From positions 704,001 through 768,000 of the forward strand of contig JBMNIF010000002.1 of NCBI GenBank assembly GCA_050950765.1: a stretch of 64,000 nucleotides of DNA, given 5' to 3'. Below are positions 19,109 to 30,371 of this stretch, piece by piece (position 1 is the first letter of the stretch; each line of letters opens with the position of its first letter). Under the pieces are notes generated by a model. It was not told the DNA's origin and ran no database searches. It was given only the letters and a program-made list of their open reading frames with translations. The translations under genes were made by a program, and so were the position numbers. Source of the DNA: Bdellovibrionota bacterium. Its GTDB lineage: Bacteria > Bdellovibrionota_C > UBA2361 > JAAYZI01.

Positions 19109-21005
19109 GCTTATTCGTAAGCATATGAAGTCTGTTGCTTTTACTACTATTTCATTAGTGATCGCTTTTTCTATGACGGGGTTCGGTGTTGGTCTTTATA
19201 GGGGTGCCAACCGTGATTATGTTGCTCGTATTGATGGTCATGACATCTCCAGAGAAGACCTGCGGAAGTTGAGAAATGATCTGGAAGAGCGGTATCGCGC
19301 AGCTTGGGGTAACTATTACGATCAGTTAGCTGAATTAACCAAGTTAGATCTTGAAAAAGAGGCACGAGAAAATATTGTGCCGATCTATCTTGTAAATCGA
19401 GCTGCTACTGATATGGGGCTAGCCATCGGAAGGTACGGTCTAAACAAAAAAATCAATGAGATGTTCGGTGGAAAACTTAATAGTGAACTTTATAGGAGCT
19501 TCTTACAGCAAAGACGACAGACCGCACCGATGTTTGAGGCAGAGGTGCGACAGAAGGCAGTTTCAGAGCAGTTGCGTGATATCATTGCAGAGCTCAGTTT
19601 TGCTTCAAAGGCGGAAGCGTTGGCGTTACTTGCGCAGGAAGAAACAACTTTTCAAGTTAAATATCTTGAATTTGATCCAGAAGCTTTTGTCTCAAAGGTG
19701 ACTGAACCTTCAGAGGAAGAGCTTAAGGAGTATTATGATAATAATGCCGCCGAATATGAGAAAGAGGAGCAAAGCGCTTATAAATTTATACCTTTTGAAC
19801 CTAACAAGATGCTCGATCTTGTTGAAATTGCACCTGAAGATGTTGAGATGTATTACACTGATAATGAAGGTGAATTTACCATTCAAGATAGCGCTAAGAT
19901 TCACCTGATAAAGTTGGAATCTTCTAAGGATGATGATCCTGAAAAAGCTGCTGCCAATAAAGATGAAACAAGGCTGAAAGCAGAAAAAATTTATGGTGCT
20001 GCAACAGGTGGAGAAGATTTTGCGAAGTTAGTTAAGTTATACTCCACTGATGAAGCGACTAAAGAAAAAGGCGGAGAGGTTGGTTTAGTTACGCAAGGCG
20101 ATCAAAGTTTGCCGAAGCAGTTAATGAAAGTAATATTTAATTTTGCTGCTGATGGTATCGCAGATGTGGTTGAAGTTGGAGATGCTTTTTATATTGTAAA
20201 AATTTCAGAGTTTAAAAAAGGTGGTTTAACGCCTTTAGAAGAGGTTCAAGAGCAGATCGTTACATTCTTAAAGAAAAGGGAAGCTCCAGCTTGGATTAAT
20301 GAACACGCTTATGCTCTCTTTGATGCTTGGAGAGCGAGTAAAAAAACATTAGAAGAGTTTGCTACTGAAAAATCTTTAGTTGTAAAAGATAGTGGTGGAT
20401 TGTTAATTAAAGATAAAGATCCTGAAGGAGCATTTTCGGGGCTAACAGCAGCAGTGCTAAAACTAAAAGATCAAGAGAAAGTTGCTGTGGTTGAAGTTGG
20501 TAACAACCTTGCTTTAGTTGAGGTCTCTGAGTTTAAAGATGCCTACATTCAAGATTATGCTGAGGTGGCGGAGGTTGTTAAAGGTGGTGTTATAAAACAG
20601 AAGAGCATTAAACTTGCAGAGGAAGCGGCAAAGGGGGTTATCTCCTCTTTTGCTGAAGAAAAGGTTACTGATTTAGCACAAGCAGCTACTCCGTATGGGG
20701 TAAAGGTTAAAGAGGAAAAAGATTTAAAGCGGGGATCTTTAAAAGCTCCGTTTACAGATACTGCTATGCAGGAAGCTCTTTTAAACACCTATCAAGCGCT
20801 TAAAGCACCGCAGACCTTTTATGTAGCTTCTGGGAAGTATTATATTTTTCAAGTAAGCGCAATTCAGAAGCCTGATCTATCTACTGTAACTCCTGAAAAA
20901 CTTGCAGAGTATCGTGAGAAAGCTACCGAGAGAAACGGTGAAGAGGTGATGAATGTTATGGTAAAAAAATTGAAACTCTCTTCTGAAATAGATGAGAGGA
21001 TGTAG
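19101..21005 (+). CDS. ppiD: PpiD-type periplasmic chaperone / parvulin peptidyl-prolyl isomerase
   Basis: N-terminal TM, SurA-N-like region, and parvulin GEDFAKLVKLYSTD..TKEKGGEVG. About 635 aa. Confidence 0.8.
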   Translation: MIKLIRKHMKSVAFTTISLVIAFSMTGFGVGLYRGANRDYVARIDGHDISREDLRKLRNDLEERYRAAWGNYYDQLAELTKLDLEKEARENIVPIYLVNRAATDMGLAIGRYGLNKKINEMFGGKLNSELYRSFLQQRRQTAPMFEAEVRQKAVSEQLRDIIAELSFASKAEALALLAQEETTFQVKYLEFDPEAFVSKVTEPSEEELKEYYDNNAAEYEKEEQSAYKFIPFEPNKMLDLVEIAPEDVEMYYTDNEGEFTIQDSAKIHLIKLESSKDDDPEKAAANKDETRLKAEKIYGAATGGEDFAKLVKLYSTDEATKEKGGEVGLVTQGDQSLPKQLMKVIFNFAADGIADVVEVGDAFYIVKISEFKKGGLTPLEEVQEQIVTFLKKREAPAWINEHAYALFDAWRASKKTLEEFATEKSLVVKDSGGLLIKDKDPEGAFSGLTAAVLKLKDQEKVAVVEVGNNLALVEVSEFKDAYIQDYAEVAEVVKGGVIKQKSIKLAEEAAKGVISSFAEEKVTDLAQAATPYGVKVKEEKDLKRGSLKAPFTDTAMQEALLNTYQALKAPQTFYVASGKYYIFQVSAIQKPDLSTVTPEKLAEYREKATERNGEEVMNVMVKKLKLSSEIDERM

Positions 21006-21031
21006 TCTATTTACCCTTTTAAAATAAGGAA

Positions 21032-22693
21032 ATGATGAGAAGCGATCGTATTACAAAGGGAGTTGAAGCAGCTCCGCACAGAAGTCTTTTAAGAGCTGTT
21101 GGATTAAAAGATGAAGATTTTGGGAAGCCACTAATAGGGGTTTGTAATTCCTTTAATCAAGTGATTCCAGGTCATGTGCACCTTAATAAAGTTGGAGAGT
21201 ATATACGTTCGTGCATCATTAAAGCAGGTGGTGTGCCGTTTGAGTTTAACACAATCGGGATCTGTGATGGTGTGGCGATGGGGCATATCGGTATGAAATA
21301 TTCCCTGCCCAGTCGAGAGATTATAGCTGATAGTGTTGAGGCCGTAGTGGAAGCACACTGTTTTGATGGTTTAATCTGTATTCCCAACTGTGACAAGATC
21401 GTGCCAGGTATGTTGATGGGAGCTTTGAGGGTTAATATCCCGACCATCTTTGTCAGTGGTGGTCCGATGGAAGCTGGTAAAAAACGTGATGGGAGCGCCG
21501 CAGATCTGATCACGATGTTTGAAGGGGTGGCAGCTTGTACGAGAGGTCAGATCTCGGAAGCTGAATTAGAAGAGTTGGAAAAATGTGCCTGTCCAGGAGC
21601 GGGATCGTGTTCAGGTCTTTTTACTGCTAACTCCATGAACAGTTTGTGTGAAGCGATCGGGATTGCACTTCCAGGAAACGGCACTGTGCTTGCTACGACA
21701 TCTCAGAGAAGGAAACTGTATAGACAAGCGGCGCAGATTATCGTGAAGATGGCACAAGAGGGCGCTCCGTTACCGAAAGATCTTGTAACGCAAGATTCTT
21801 TGGATAACGCTTTTGTGCTTGATATGGCGATGGGAGGAAGTAGTAATACGGTTTTGCATGCTCTTGCTATCGCTAGAGAAGCAGGGGTTGAGTATGATAT
21901 CGACAGGATTGATGCTATCTCAAAAAAGACCCCAAATATCGCAAAAATCTCCCCTTCTTCTAAGTTTCATATGCAAGATGTAGAGGCAGCAGGTGGTATC
22001 AGTGCTATCTTAAAAGAGGTCGGAAAACTTCTACATAAAGATTGTATTACCGTTACTGGCAAGACGCTTTGGGAGAATGTAAGGCGTGCTAAAAATAAAA
22101 ATCAGGAAGTGATTCGTCCTTTAAGTAATCCGTATTCTCCTGACGGTGGATTAACTATCTTACGTGGTAACTTGGCTGAAGAGGGGGCTTGCGTAAAGAA
22201 AGCCGGAGTTTCCGAAGTTATGTTAAAGTTTGAAGGGAAGGCGATTATCTTCAATTCTCAAGAAGAGGCGTGCGAAGGGATCTTAAAAGGACGTGTACAG
22301 GCAGGTCACGTTGTGGTCATCCGTTATGAAGGTCCAAAAGGTGGGCCAGGTATGCAAGAGATGTTGGCTCCAACCTCTTATATTATGGGGCAGGGGCTGG
22401 GAGATAGTGTGGCGTTAATTACAGATGGACGTTTTTCAGGTGGCACGCACGGTGCCTGTATCGGACACGTTTCACCAGAAGCTGCAGAAGGCGGTTTGAT
22501 TGGATTGTTGCAAGACGGTGATGTGATTAGGATCGATATTCCTAACAGACGGCTTGAAGCGGTATTAAGCCCTGAAGAGATTGCGGCACGTAGATCTGCT
22601 GCAAAACCGTTTACCCCTAAAATTCTTTCCGGATATCTAAAGAGGTATTCTGAAAGTGTACAGAACGCTTCAGCTGGTGCTGTTCTTAAATGA
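21032..22693 (+). CDS. ilvD: Dihydroxy-acid dehydratase
   Basis: [39 protein letters not shown] and TDGRFSG motifs. Confidence 0.97.
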   Translation: MMRSDRITKGVEAAPHRSLLRAVGLKDEDFGKPLIGVCNSFNQVIPGHVHLNKVGEYIRSCIIKAGGVPFEFNTIGICDGVAMGHIGMKYSLPSREIIADSVEAVVEAHCFDGLICIPNCDKIVPGMLMGALRVNIPTIFVSGGPMEAGKKRDGSAADLITMFEGVAACTRGQISEAELEELEKCACPGAGSCSGLFTANSMNSLCEAIGIALPGNGTVLATTSQRRKLYRQAAQIIVKMAQEGAPLPKDLVTQDSLDNAFVLDMAMGGSSNTVLHALAIAREAGVEYDIDRIDAISKKTPNIAKISPSSKFHMQDVEAAGGISAILKEVGKLLHKDCITVTGKTLWENVRRAKNKNQEVIRPLSNPYSPDGGLTILRGNLAEEGACVKKAGVSEVMLKFEGKAIIFNSQEEACEGILKGRVQAGHVVVIRYEGPKGGPGMQEMLAPTSYIMGQGLGDSVALITDGRFSGGTHGACIGHVSPEAAEGGLIGLLQDGDVIRIDIPNRRLEAVLSPEEIAARRSAAKPFTPKILSGYLKRYSESVQNASAGAVLK

Positions 22694-23238
22694 TGTATCT
22701 CGTAACAATCTTTGGAATTGCATTTGCACTAGCTTGTGATGCTTTTTCTGTCGGATTAGCTATCGGTACAAAATCACCGACGGCGCGGGGTATTTTTAGG
22801 TTGTGGTTTCACTTCGGATTATTTCAATTTTTAATGCCGTTATTAGGTTGGTATCTCGGGAGTGCGCTAGCTGATACTATCGGAGCGGCGGGGCAGTGGG
22901 TAGCAAGCGTGCTACTCTTTTTTATCGCTTTTAAAATGTGGTGTGAAAGTAGAGAGTGTTGTGATGCTACGGAAGAGAGAGATCAGACACGGGGTTTATC
23001 TTTACTTATTCTCTCTTTTGCTACCAGTATTGATGCTTTAGGTGTCGGTGTCGGGATGGGTATTGCTGGAGAAAGTATCTTGTATCCGGCTTTTATTATC
23101 GGTGTAGTTGCTGCTGTAATGACTTACGCTGGGGTGCGTTTAGGGTATAAATTATCAACTGTTTTCGGAAAGCGGGTGGAGGTGTTGGGTGCTACGGTGT
23201 TGTTTATAATTGCACTTAAGCTACTACCTATTTGGTAA
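22690..23238 (+). CDS. mntP: Manganese efflux pump MntP family
   Basis: [18 protein letters not shown] and ATSIDAL motifs, about 6 TMs. ATGA overlap with ilvD. Confidence 0.88.
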   Translation: MMYLVTIFGIAFALACDAFSVGLAIGTKSPTARGIFRLWFHFGLFQFLMPLLGWYLGSALADTIGAAGQWVASVLLFFIAFKMWCESRECCDATEERDQTRGLSLLILSFATSIDALGVGVGMGIAGESILYPAFIIGVVAAVMTYAGVRLGYKLSTVFGKRVEVLGATVLFIIALKLLPIW

Positions 23239-23301
23239 GAAATAAGGGCTTTTCCCCTGAAATAGAAAATACACAAAATTTGTTACACCCTCTAATTAAA
23301 G

Positions 23302-26300
23302 TCAATCTCTTATCAACCTTCGTAGTAGAGCTTCAATCTGTATATAGAGCATATCAAAAGGAGGAGGTGCTTGTTCTTCTCCTACTATTGAGAGGGTTAA
23401 GTTTTTACCGAACTTGTAAGTTTTCGGTGCATTTTTTTCTAAGAGTAACAGTTTTTGAATATCAACTTTAGCATTTGGACTAAACGAGAGGTATAGTTTG
23501 CCTCTACTCCATTCCGCTTTTGTTACGCCGAACACCCTTAATAAACTACGTAGTCGCATCATCTCAACGAGATTGCGTACTTCAGGTGTCAGGGGACCGA
23601 AGCGATCTTCCAACTCTAAAGTTAATTCCTGTGCCTCTTCCGATGATCTGATAGATGCTAAACGTTGATACAACACTAACCTTTCAGAGATGTCTGGCAC
23701 GTAATATTCAGGGATAAAGGCGTTTACAGGTAGTTTAACTTCAGGATCAATTAAACTCTCCAACTCCAACTCTTCTCCTTTGATATGACTGATAGCTTCG
23801 TGCAAGATCTTTGTATAAAGCTCATACCCGACCGAGACAACGTTTCCAGATTGCTCTTTCCCTAGTAAATTACCAGCACCACGAATTTCAAGATCTCGAA
23901 CTGCTAGATTGAAGCCGAGACCTAAGTCATCCAGAGATTGTAAAACTTTTAATCGTTGCTGTGCTTCTGCACCGAGACGCTTTGTATTAGGGATTAGAAA
24001 ATATGCGTAAGCCTGTTTTGTGCTACGTCCGACTCTGCCCCGTAATTGATAGAGTTGTGCTAAGCCGAACATATCGGCTCTATCTATGATTATGGTATTA
24101 GCATTAGGGATATCTAAGCCAGATTCAATAATGGTGGTACTGACTAAAACATCTATCTCATGATTGACAAAGCGTCGCATAATATTTTCAATCTGAATTT
24201 CCGACATCTGACCATGTGCGCATTCAACCCGCATTTCAGGCACGAGCTCACTTAAAGCGGCGCTAACTCCTAAGATACTCTGTACCCGATTGTGTACAAA
24301 GAAAGCCTGTCCTCCACGTTGATGTTCTCTAATAAGGGCATCTCTAATAAGGATTTCGTTCCGTGTGGCGATATAAGTTTTTATCACTCTACGATCTACG
24401 GGAGGTGTGGTGATAACAGTGATATCCCTGATATTTAAAAGAGACATCTGTAAAGTTCGTGGAATCGGTGTGGCTGTTAAGGTTAAAACATCGACCTGTT
24501 TTTTTAACTGCTTCAGTCGCTCTTTCTGTTGCACTCCGAAGCGGTGCTCTTCATCAATAATAAGTAGACCCAGATCTTTAAAGGCAATATCTCTCTGTAA
24601 GAGCTTATGTGTGCCGATAACGATATCGATCTTGTGGTTAGCTAAGCCTTCGATAGTTTTTTTATTATCTGCTGTTGAGTAGAAGCGGCTAAGTGCTGCA
24701 ACCGTAACGGGATAGTCTGCAAAGCGACGTATAAAACTCTGCTTATGTTGCTCGACCAGTACCGTTGTTGGAACGAGGATACAAACTTGAAGTCCTGCTT
24801 GAATACATTTAAAAGCAGCGCGTAGGGCGACCTCTGTTTTACCAAAACCGACATCTCCGCAAATTAACCTATCCATCGGCTTTTCTGAAGCCATATCATT
24901 TAAAACGGCTTTGATAGCTTGTAATTGGTCAGGTGTTTCATCGAACTCAAAATAGTCGGCAAAGACCTCGTCGTCTGGACCGTGCGGTTCAAAACAGAAT
25001 CCTTTAGAGATGCTGCGTGCAGCATAAAGACGGATTAAATCTCCTGCTAAAGCGAGAACGGCTTCTCTGACTTTTAATTTTGTTTTCGCCCAACGTTGAG
25101 AGCTTAGTTTATCAAGCTTGGGAGATTGCCCTTCAATTCCAACATATTTTTGAACTCTTGAGATGTTTTGAATCGGTATGTAGAGCTTACTATCGGCATA
25201 TTCAAGGTGTAAAAAATCACCTTGAATATTTTCAACTGTTAAATGTACTAAACCGTGATAGAGACCGACTCCATAATCTTCATGTACTACAAAGTCATTA
25301 TCTTTCAGTTGTGCTAGAGAGTTTAGTAGCCGCTTTATAGTACGTTCACTGGCTATCTTCCTTGTGCGTTGAGAGCGTCGTGAAAAGATCTCATTTTCAG
25401 AGATAAAGACAAGTTTTTTATCAGGCAGCTGGAAACCATTTGATAAGTTGCCTATTAGTACTGCTAGCGGATAACGATCTTTTAAACGAAACCAGTTTTT
25501 GAGAGAGCCGTTAAAAAATTTTAGTTCGCTGCCAAGATCCAGTAATAGTTTTTGTAGCCGTTCTACACGAGTTTCAGAACCGACCACGAATATGATCTTA
25601 TTACCGTGTTTTCTCCATGTTTTTAGTGCAGTTGAGAGAGGTTTCCAAGCCTCTTCTTGTCCTACTTTTGCTTGTAGCTGTGTAGATAATTGTGTGTTGG
25701 GAATGGAGCGGATATTGATATAATCTCTCTCTTCTGTAAGAGAGGTTGCAATATGAAGAGAGTCTATTTCTAGCTGCTTTTTAGTCGAGAGTATAGCGAA
25801 GAGCTCTTCTTCTAACAGGTATTGCTCACTCTGTTTTGGGATTAGGTAGTGATCTTCTGCTAAACGGGTGTGCCGTTCCGATATTAAAGTAGAAGCTGCT
25901 TCAAGCTCTGAGAGAAGTACCTGCTTGTCTATGTTAACGAAGAGAGTATCTTTAGCGGCATAATCGAAGATGGTTGCTAACGAGCCAAGCGCAGATATGT
26001 TTGCCAGTTCGATACTGGGGAATCTGCTACCATCACGTAAAGCGCTAAGCACTTTGGCAGTTTCTCGAAGAGGAGTTTCTAGCTCTCTACTCCGTTGTTT
26101 TATGTTTGTGATAGCAGATGAAAGTTTTTCTCCAAAGTAATCATTAGAATGAAAAGGGATAATTTCGCGTAACGGTAAAACTTGTAAGGTTTTTATCTGT
26201 GTTATTGAACGCTGCGTTGCTACGGAAAATAACTTAATCTTTTCAATAGTGTCTCCAAAAAACTCCAAGCGAACTGCCGTATCACTTCCGAAAGGAAAAA

Positions 26301-26766
26301 GATCAATTACTCCGCCACGCACGGCGCAATCTCCGATCTTTTCCACTAAAGAGACGCGTTGATATCCGGCGTTATCAATTTTAGTGAGTAATTCTTGACG
26401 TGCAATGGTATCGCCGAGAGAGAGTTGAAAGCTCAACTGCTTTAAAAACTCTTTCGGTAAGACACGTTGTAGAGCTCCTTCAGGTGGCACCACGCAGATA
26501 TAACTTTTTTCAGTCATTAAGGTGTGTAGTGTATGTAAGCGTTGTGCAGTGACCTCGATCTGCGGAGAAACGTTTTCAAAAGGGAGGGTGTCCCACGGCG
26601 GTAGTTGTACGATCGGAGAGTCTGGGATAAAAAAATGGAGATCCTGAAAAAGCTCTTCTGCTGCTTTCCGTTTAGCAGAGAATATTATAATTTTTCGGTG
26701 TTTTTCATGAAGTTGCGAGATTAGCCAAGCTCCTGCTGCACCGTATACTCCGATATATCGTTTCAT
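23302..26766 (-). CDS. mfd: Transcription-repair coupling factor
   Basis: UvrB-like N-terminus, CarD-like VVHEDYGVG, GDVGFGKT, DEEH, TATPIPRT, QLRGRVGR and a TRCF C-terminal domain. Confidence 0.97.
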   Translation of the reverse strand: MKRYIGVYGAAGAWLISQLHEKHRKIIIFSAKRKAAEELFQDLHFFIPDSPIVQLPPWDTLPFENVSPQIEVTAQRLHTLHTLMTEKSYICVVPPEGALQRVLPKEFLKQLSFQLSLGDTIARQELLTKIDNAGYQRVSLVEKIGDCAVRGGVIDLFPFGSDTAVRLEFFGDTIEKIKLFSVATQRSITQIKTLQVLPLREIIPFHSNDYFGEKLSSAITNIKQRSRELETPLRETAKVLSALRDGSRFPSIELANISALGSLATIFDYAAKDTLFVNIDKQVLLSELEAASTLISERHTRLAEDHYLIPKQSEQYLLEEELFAILSTKKQLEIDSLHIATSLTEERDYINIRSIPNTQLSTQLQAKVGQEEAWKPLSTALKTWRKHGNKIIFVVGSETRVERLQKLLLDLGSELKFFNGSLKNWFRLKDRYPLAVLIGNLSNGFQLPDKKLVFISENEIFSRRSQRTRKIASERTIKRLLNSLAQLKDNDFVVHEDYGVGLYHGLVHLTVENIQGDFLHLEYADSKLYIPIQNISRVQKYVGIEGQSPKLDKLSSQRWAKTKLKVREAVLALAGDLIRLYAARSISKGFCFEPHGPDDEVFADYFEFDETPDQLQAIKAVLNDMASEKPMDRLICGDVGFGKTEVALRAAFKCIQAGLQVCILVPTTVLVEQHKQSFIRRFADYPVTVAALSRFYSTADNKKTIEGLANHKIDIVIGTHKLLQRDIAFKDLGLLIIDEEHRFGVQQKERLKQLKKQVDVLTLTATPIPRTLQMSLLNIRDITVITTPPVDRRVIKTYIATRNEILIRDALIREHQRGGQAFFVHNRVQSILGVSAALSELVPEMRVECAHGQMSEIQIENIMRRFVNHEIDVLVSTTIIESGLDIPNANTIIIDRADMFGLAQLYQLRGRVGRSTKQAYAYFLIPNTKRLGAEAQQRLKVLQSLDDLGLGFNLAVRDLEIRGAGNLLGKEQSGNVVSVGYELYTKILHEAISHIKGEELELESLIDPEVKLPVNAFIPEYYVPDISERLVLYQRLASIRSSEEAQELTLELEDRFGPLTPEVRNLVEMMRLRSLLRVFGVTKAEWSRGKLYLSFSPNAKVDIQKLLLLEKNAPKTYKFGKNLTLSIVGEEQAPPPFDMLYIQIEALLRRLIRD

Positions 26767-27044
26767 TATAGTTGTAGTCTTTAAGATTAAATCTTTAGTT
26801 AGTTATTTTAAGTAAAATAGAGCGATTTTTAAAGCGCCTCCTTTTTAATACCTTAGGGCGGGTAATGAAACAGTAAAATATAATTCAATAAATTAAAAAA
26901 GTTAGTCGAATTTAAAAGCACTCTTTATATATTTTAAGCTTTTGTCGATAGAAGTTAGAGGGAGCTTTTCTTACTTAATGATGAAAGGGGTCTGAACGTT
27001 ATAAGGCTTTTAAGGGGTAGTACTATTTTAAAGGGAAGTGGGGC

Positions 27045-28106
27045 ATGGATATTACGCAACTTTTAAAATTTGCTTATCAACAAGATGCATCAGATCTGCA
27101 CATCAGTGCGGGAGAGTCTCCTATGGTGCGTCTTAACGGTGATATGAAAAAATTGAAAGTTCCCGAGCTTACTCCAGAAGTGACACACGCCATGATTTAC
27201 GACATTCTTGGTGATTCGCAAAGAAAAACTTTTGAAGAGTTTAATGATGTTGATTTCGCCATGCAGATCGGAGATATCGCACGTTTTCGTGTTAATGTTT
27301 TTAGGCAACAACGTGGTGTAGCAGCGGTATTTAGAAGGATTCCGACTAAAATTTTAACATTGCAGGAACTTGGTATGCCGGAGATCCTTTCTGAAATTAC
27401 GAGACGCGAGAAAGGCTTAATCTTAGTAACAGGTCCAACAGGGAGTGGTAAATCTACAACTTTGGCAGCTATGCTCGATCAGGTGAATAATGAGAGAGAA
27501 GGGCATATTTTAACGGTAGAAGACCCGATTGAGTTCGTTCATCATTCAAAGAAGTGTCTTGTAAATCAACGTGAAGTTGGTGCTCATGCCAACGGTTTTG
27601 CGCGAGCTTTGCGCGCAGCATTGCGTGAAGACCCTGATTATATCCTCGTTGGAGAGTTAAGAGACTTGGAAACGATTCAGTTGGCGTTAACTGCAGCTGA
27701 AACAGGACACTTGGTTTTTGGTACGTTACACACTTCGAGTGCTCCGAAAACAGTTGATCGTGTTATTGATGTTTTTCCGCCGGAGCAACAAGCACAAGTT
27801 AGGGCGATGTTTGCAGAATCAATTCAAGGTGTAATTACACAAACTTTGTGTAAAAAAATTGGAGGCGGGCGTGTGGCGGCTTTAGAGATATTACTTGGTA
27901 CAACAGCTATTAGAAACTTGATCAGAGAGGCAAAGATTCATCAGATCCCTAGTATGATGCAAACCTCACAAGGGATCGGGATGCAGACTTTGGAGATGCA
28001 CCTTCTAGATCTGGTAAGTGAGGGAATTATCAGTAAGGAAACTGCTATTGAAAAGACAGGTAATGCGCAGATGTTTAAAGAGTTTGAAGATAACGGGATG
28101 TTGTAA
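27045..28106 (+). CDS. pilT: Type IV pilus retraction ATPase PilT
   Basis: ASDLH, GPTGSGKS, EDPIE, LREDPD, AETGH, TLH, AIRNLIRE and GMQT motifs. Confidence 0.95.
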   Translation: MDITQLLKFAYQQDASDLHISAGESPMVRLNGDMKKLKVPELTPEVTHAMIYDILGDSQRKTFEEFNDVDFAMQIGDIARFRVNVFRQQRGVAAVFRRIPTKILTLQELGMPEILSEITRREKGLILVTGPTGSGKSTTLAAMLDQVNNEREGHILTVEDPIEFVHHSKKCLVNQREVGAHANGFARALRAALREDPDYILVGELRDLETIQLALTAAETGHLVFGTLHTSSAPKTVDRVIDVFPPEQQAQVRAMFAESIQGVITQTLCKKIGGGRVAALEILLGTTAIRNLIREAKIHQIPSMMQTSQGIGMQTLEMHLLDLVSEGIISKETAIEKTGNAQMFKEFEDNGML

Positions 28107-28182
28107 AAGTAAATTTGTTAAAAATATAAGATAGGAAAATTATTTTTAATTCAAGACGCCGTTTTTTGTAGGAGTTGATCTT

Positions 28183-29346
28183 ATGTTGGATGCAACAAAG
28201 TTATTAAGTGTAATGGTTGAGCACGATGCTTCGGATCTCTATCTGACCGTTGATAGTGCGCCGATGTATCGGATCAATGGGGTGGTGCGTCCCGCAGGTA
28301 GTCAGAAGCTTACTGCGTTGGATACAGAAGCGATCGCTAATAGTATTATGAACGATAAACAACAGGCGCAGTTTGAAGGGGAAAATGAACAGAATCTCGC
28401 ACTATATTATTCAACACTTGGACGTTTTAGGGTGAATATCTTTAAGCAGCGTGGGGTGGTTGGTATAGTTTTTAGGCAGATTAGATCAAACATCCTTTCA
28501 ATTGATGACTTGGCGTTACCGCAAGTTTTAAAAGATGTGGCGTTAAGTAAACGTGGCTTAGTTTTGGTAGTTGGAGCAACGGGAAGTGGTAAATCAACGA
28601 CATTAGCTGCAATTATCGATTATAGGAATGCCAATACCTCAGGGCATATCGTAACGATTGAAGATCCGATTGAGTTTGTGCATGAACATAAAAAATGTAT
28701 CGTTACGCAACGTGAGATCGGGATGGACACCGAAAGTTATTCCGTAGCTTTAAAGAATGCCTTACGGCAAGCACCAGATGTGATTCTGATAGGTGAGATT
28801 CGAGATCTGGAAACTATGGAAGCAGCGATCGCCTTTGCGGAGACGGGGCACCTCTGTTTAGCGACGTTGCACAGTAATAACGCTAATCAGGCTATGGAGA
28901 GGATTATGAATTTCTTTCCGGCAGAACGGCATAAACAGATCTATTTACAATTAAGTTTAAACTTACGTGGTATCGTCAGCCAGAGACTCATTCCGACGGT
29001 AAATGAAGGACGTGTGGCAGCAGTAGAGATCTTACTGGATAGCCCCCGCGTAAAAGATCTAATTCACAAAGAGAAGATTGATGAGATTAAAGATGCTATG
29101 GAAAAATCAACTAATCTCGGGATGCAGACCTTTGATCAACACCTTTTTGAATTATATAGTGCAGGGCAGATTACACACGAGGCAGCTCTTAGAAATGCAG
29201 ATTCTGCTAACAACTTACGTTTAAAAATCAAACTTGCTGAAAAGGGTGGCTTCGAAAAAGAGGAGCCGCAAGCATTTAACACCTCTGAAAAGATGACCAC
29301 TCCTCTTAGTGACGATGAGGAAGAGCCGTTACAGATAGAATTTTAA
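28183..29346 (+). CDS. pilU: Type IV pilus ATPase PilU
   Basis: ASDLY, GATGSGKS, LRQAPD, TLHSNNANQA and ADSANNLRL motifs. Directly follows pilT. Confidence 0.9.
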   Translation: MLDATKLLSVMVEHDASDLYLTVDSAPMYRINGVVRPAGSQKLTALDTEAIANSIMNDKQQAQFEGENEQNLALYYSTLGRFRVNIFKQRGVVGIVFRQIRSNILSIDDLALPQVLKDVALSKRGLVLVVGATGSGKSTTLAAIIDYRNANTSGHIVTIEDPIEFVHEHKKCIVTQREIGMDTESYSVALKNALRQAPDVILIGEIRDLETMEAAIAFAETGHLCLATLHSNNANQAMERIMNFFPAERHKQIYLQLSLNLRGIVSQRLIPTVNEGRVAAVEILLDSPRVKDLIHKEKIDEIKDAMEKSTNLGMQTFDQHLFELYSAGQITHEAALRNADSANNLRLKIKLAEKGGFEKEEPQAFNTSEKMTTPLSDDEEEPLQIEF

Positions 29347-29564
29347 TGTAGAAAGGCGAGCCGGATCTTATAACCAACAAAAGCTATACTCTTAGAGTGA
29401 GTGGTTCGCCAGAAGATGGCGGAGGTGAAAAAACCTTTTCAAGATATATTTAACGCCTCTTAAAATATCTCAATGTAATTAAAATCTAGTGTAAATAAAT
29501 TCAGTATGTTAAAGGAAGGTATCCTTTTCTTTTTTGTTTTGAATCTGTTTTTTATTGAGCAAAG

Positions 29565-30371
29565 ATGAACGGTGTTGAACACGCTACTGCCGGTATTTTA
29601 ATATTGATGGTTCTGTTTGTTGCACCCCTTCTGGTTTATATCAGAAAAGCGCGACAAGGAAAAAAGTTCTATGTGCGCAGGGTGGCAGGCATTGATGCTG
29701 TTGATGAGGCTGTGGGGCGTGCCGCAGAATTGGGCAGACCCATCTCTTTTTGTTCCGGTATAACTACAGTTAGCCCCGTGCTTTATGCCTGTTTAGGTGT
29801 GCTATTTCATATCGGGCGTAAGGCAGCACAATATAAGTCAAAGTTACTCCTTCCGCAGATATATCCTGATGTAATGGCTATCGCTGAAGATACCGTTAGA
29901 GATGCTTATCGTGAAGAAGGTAGGTTAAGCATCTTTGATCCGTCAAATATACAATTCCTTTCGGATGAACAGTTTGCTTTTGCCGCTGGTTATAGCGGTA
30001 TCGTACAGAGAGAAAAAGTTGCAGCAGCTTTTTTGTTTGGAGAGTTTGCTGCTGAATCTCTTGTCTTAGCGGAAGCGGGGCAGGCTGTTGGTGCTATGCA
30101 GGTAGCAGCTAGTGTCAGCCCTGAACAGGTGCCGTTTTTTATCTGTACCTGTGACTATACCTTGATAGGTGAAGAGCTTTATGCAGCATCTGCTTATTTA
30201 ACACGTGAGCCGGTGCAGGTCGGTAGTCTACTTGGGCAAGATAAAGCCAAGTTGCTCTTTTTTATTTTAATTATTATCGGTGTTGTGTTGGCAACACTCT
30301 CTTCTATCTATCCGCACCTTCAGATTAAAAATATTGATCACTATATCTTGTTAAATTGGGGTGAGTTGTAA
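29565..30371 (+). CDS. Uncharacterised membrane protein, DUF6754-like
   Basis: RRVAGIDAVDEAVGRAAELGRP, QFAFA, AESLVLAEAG, QVPFF..CDYTLIGEELYAASAYL motifs, with TMs at both ends. Confidence 0.7.
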   Translation: MNGVEHATAGILILMVLFVAPLLVYIRKARQGKKFYVRRVAGIDAVDEAVGRAAELGRPISFCSGITTVSPVLYACLGVLFHIGRKAAQYKSKLLLPQIYPDVMAIAEDTVRDAYREEGRLSIFDPSNIQFLSDEQFAFAAGYSGIVQREKVAAAFLFGEFAAESLVLAEAGQAVGAMQVAASVSPEQVPFFICTCDYTLIGEELYAASAYLTREPVQVGSLLGQDKAKLLFFILIIIGVVLATLSSIYPHLQIKNIDHYILLNWGEL

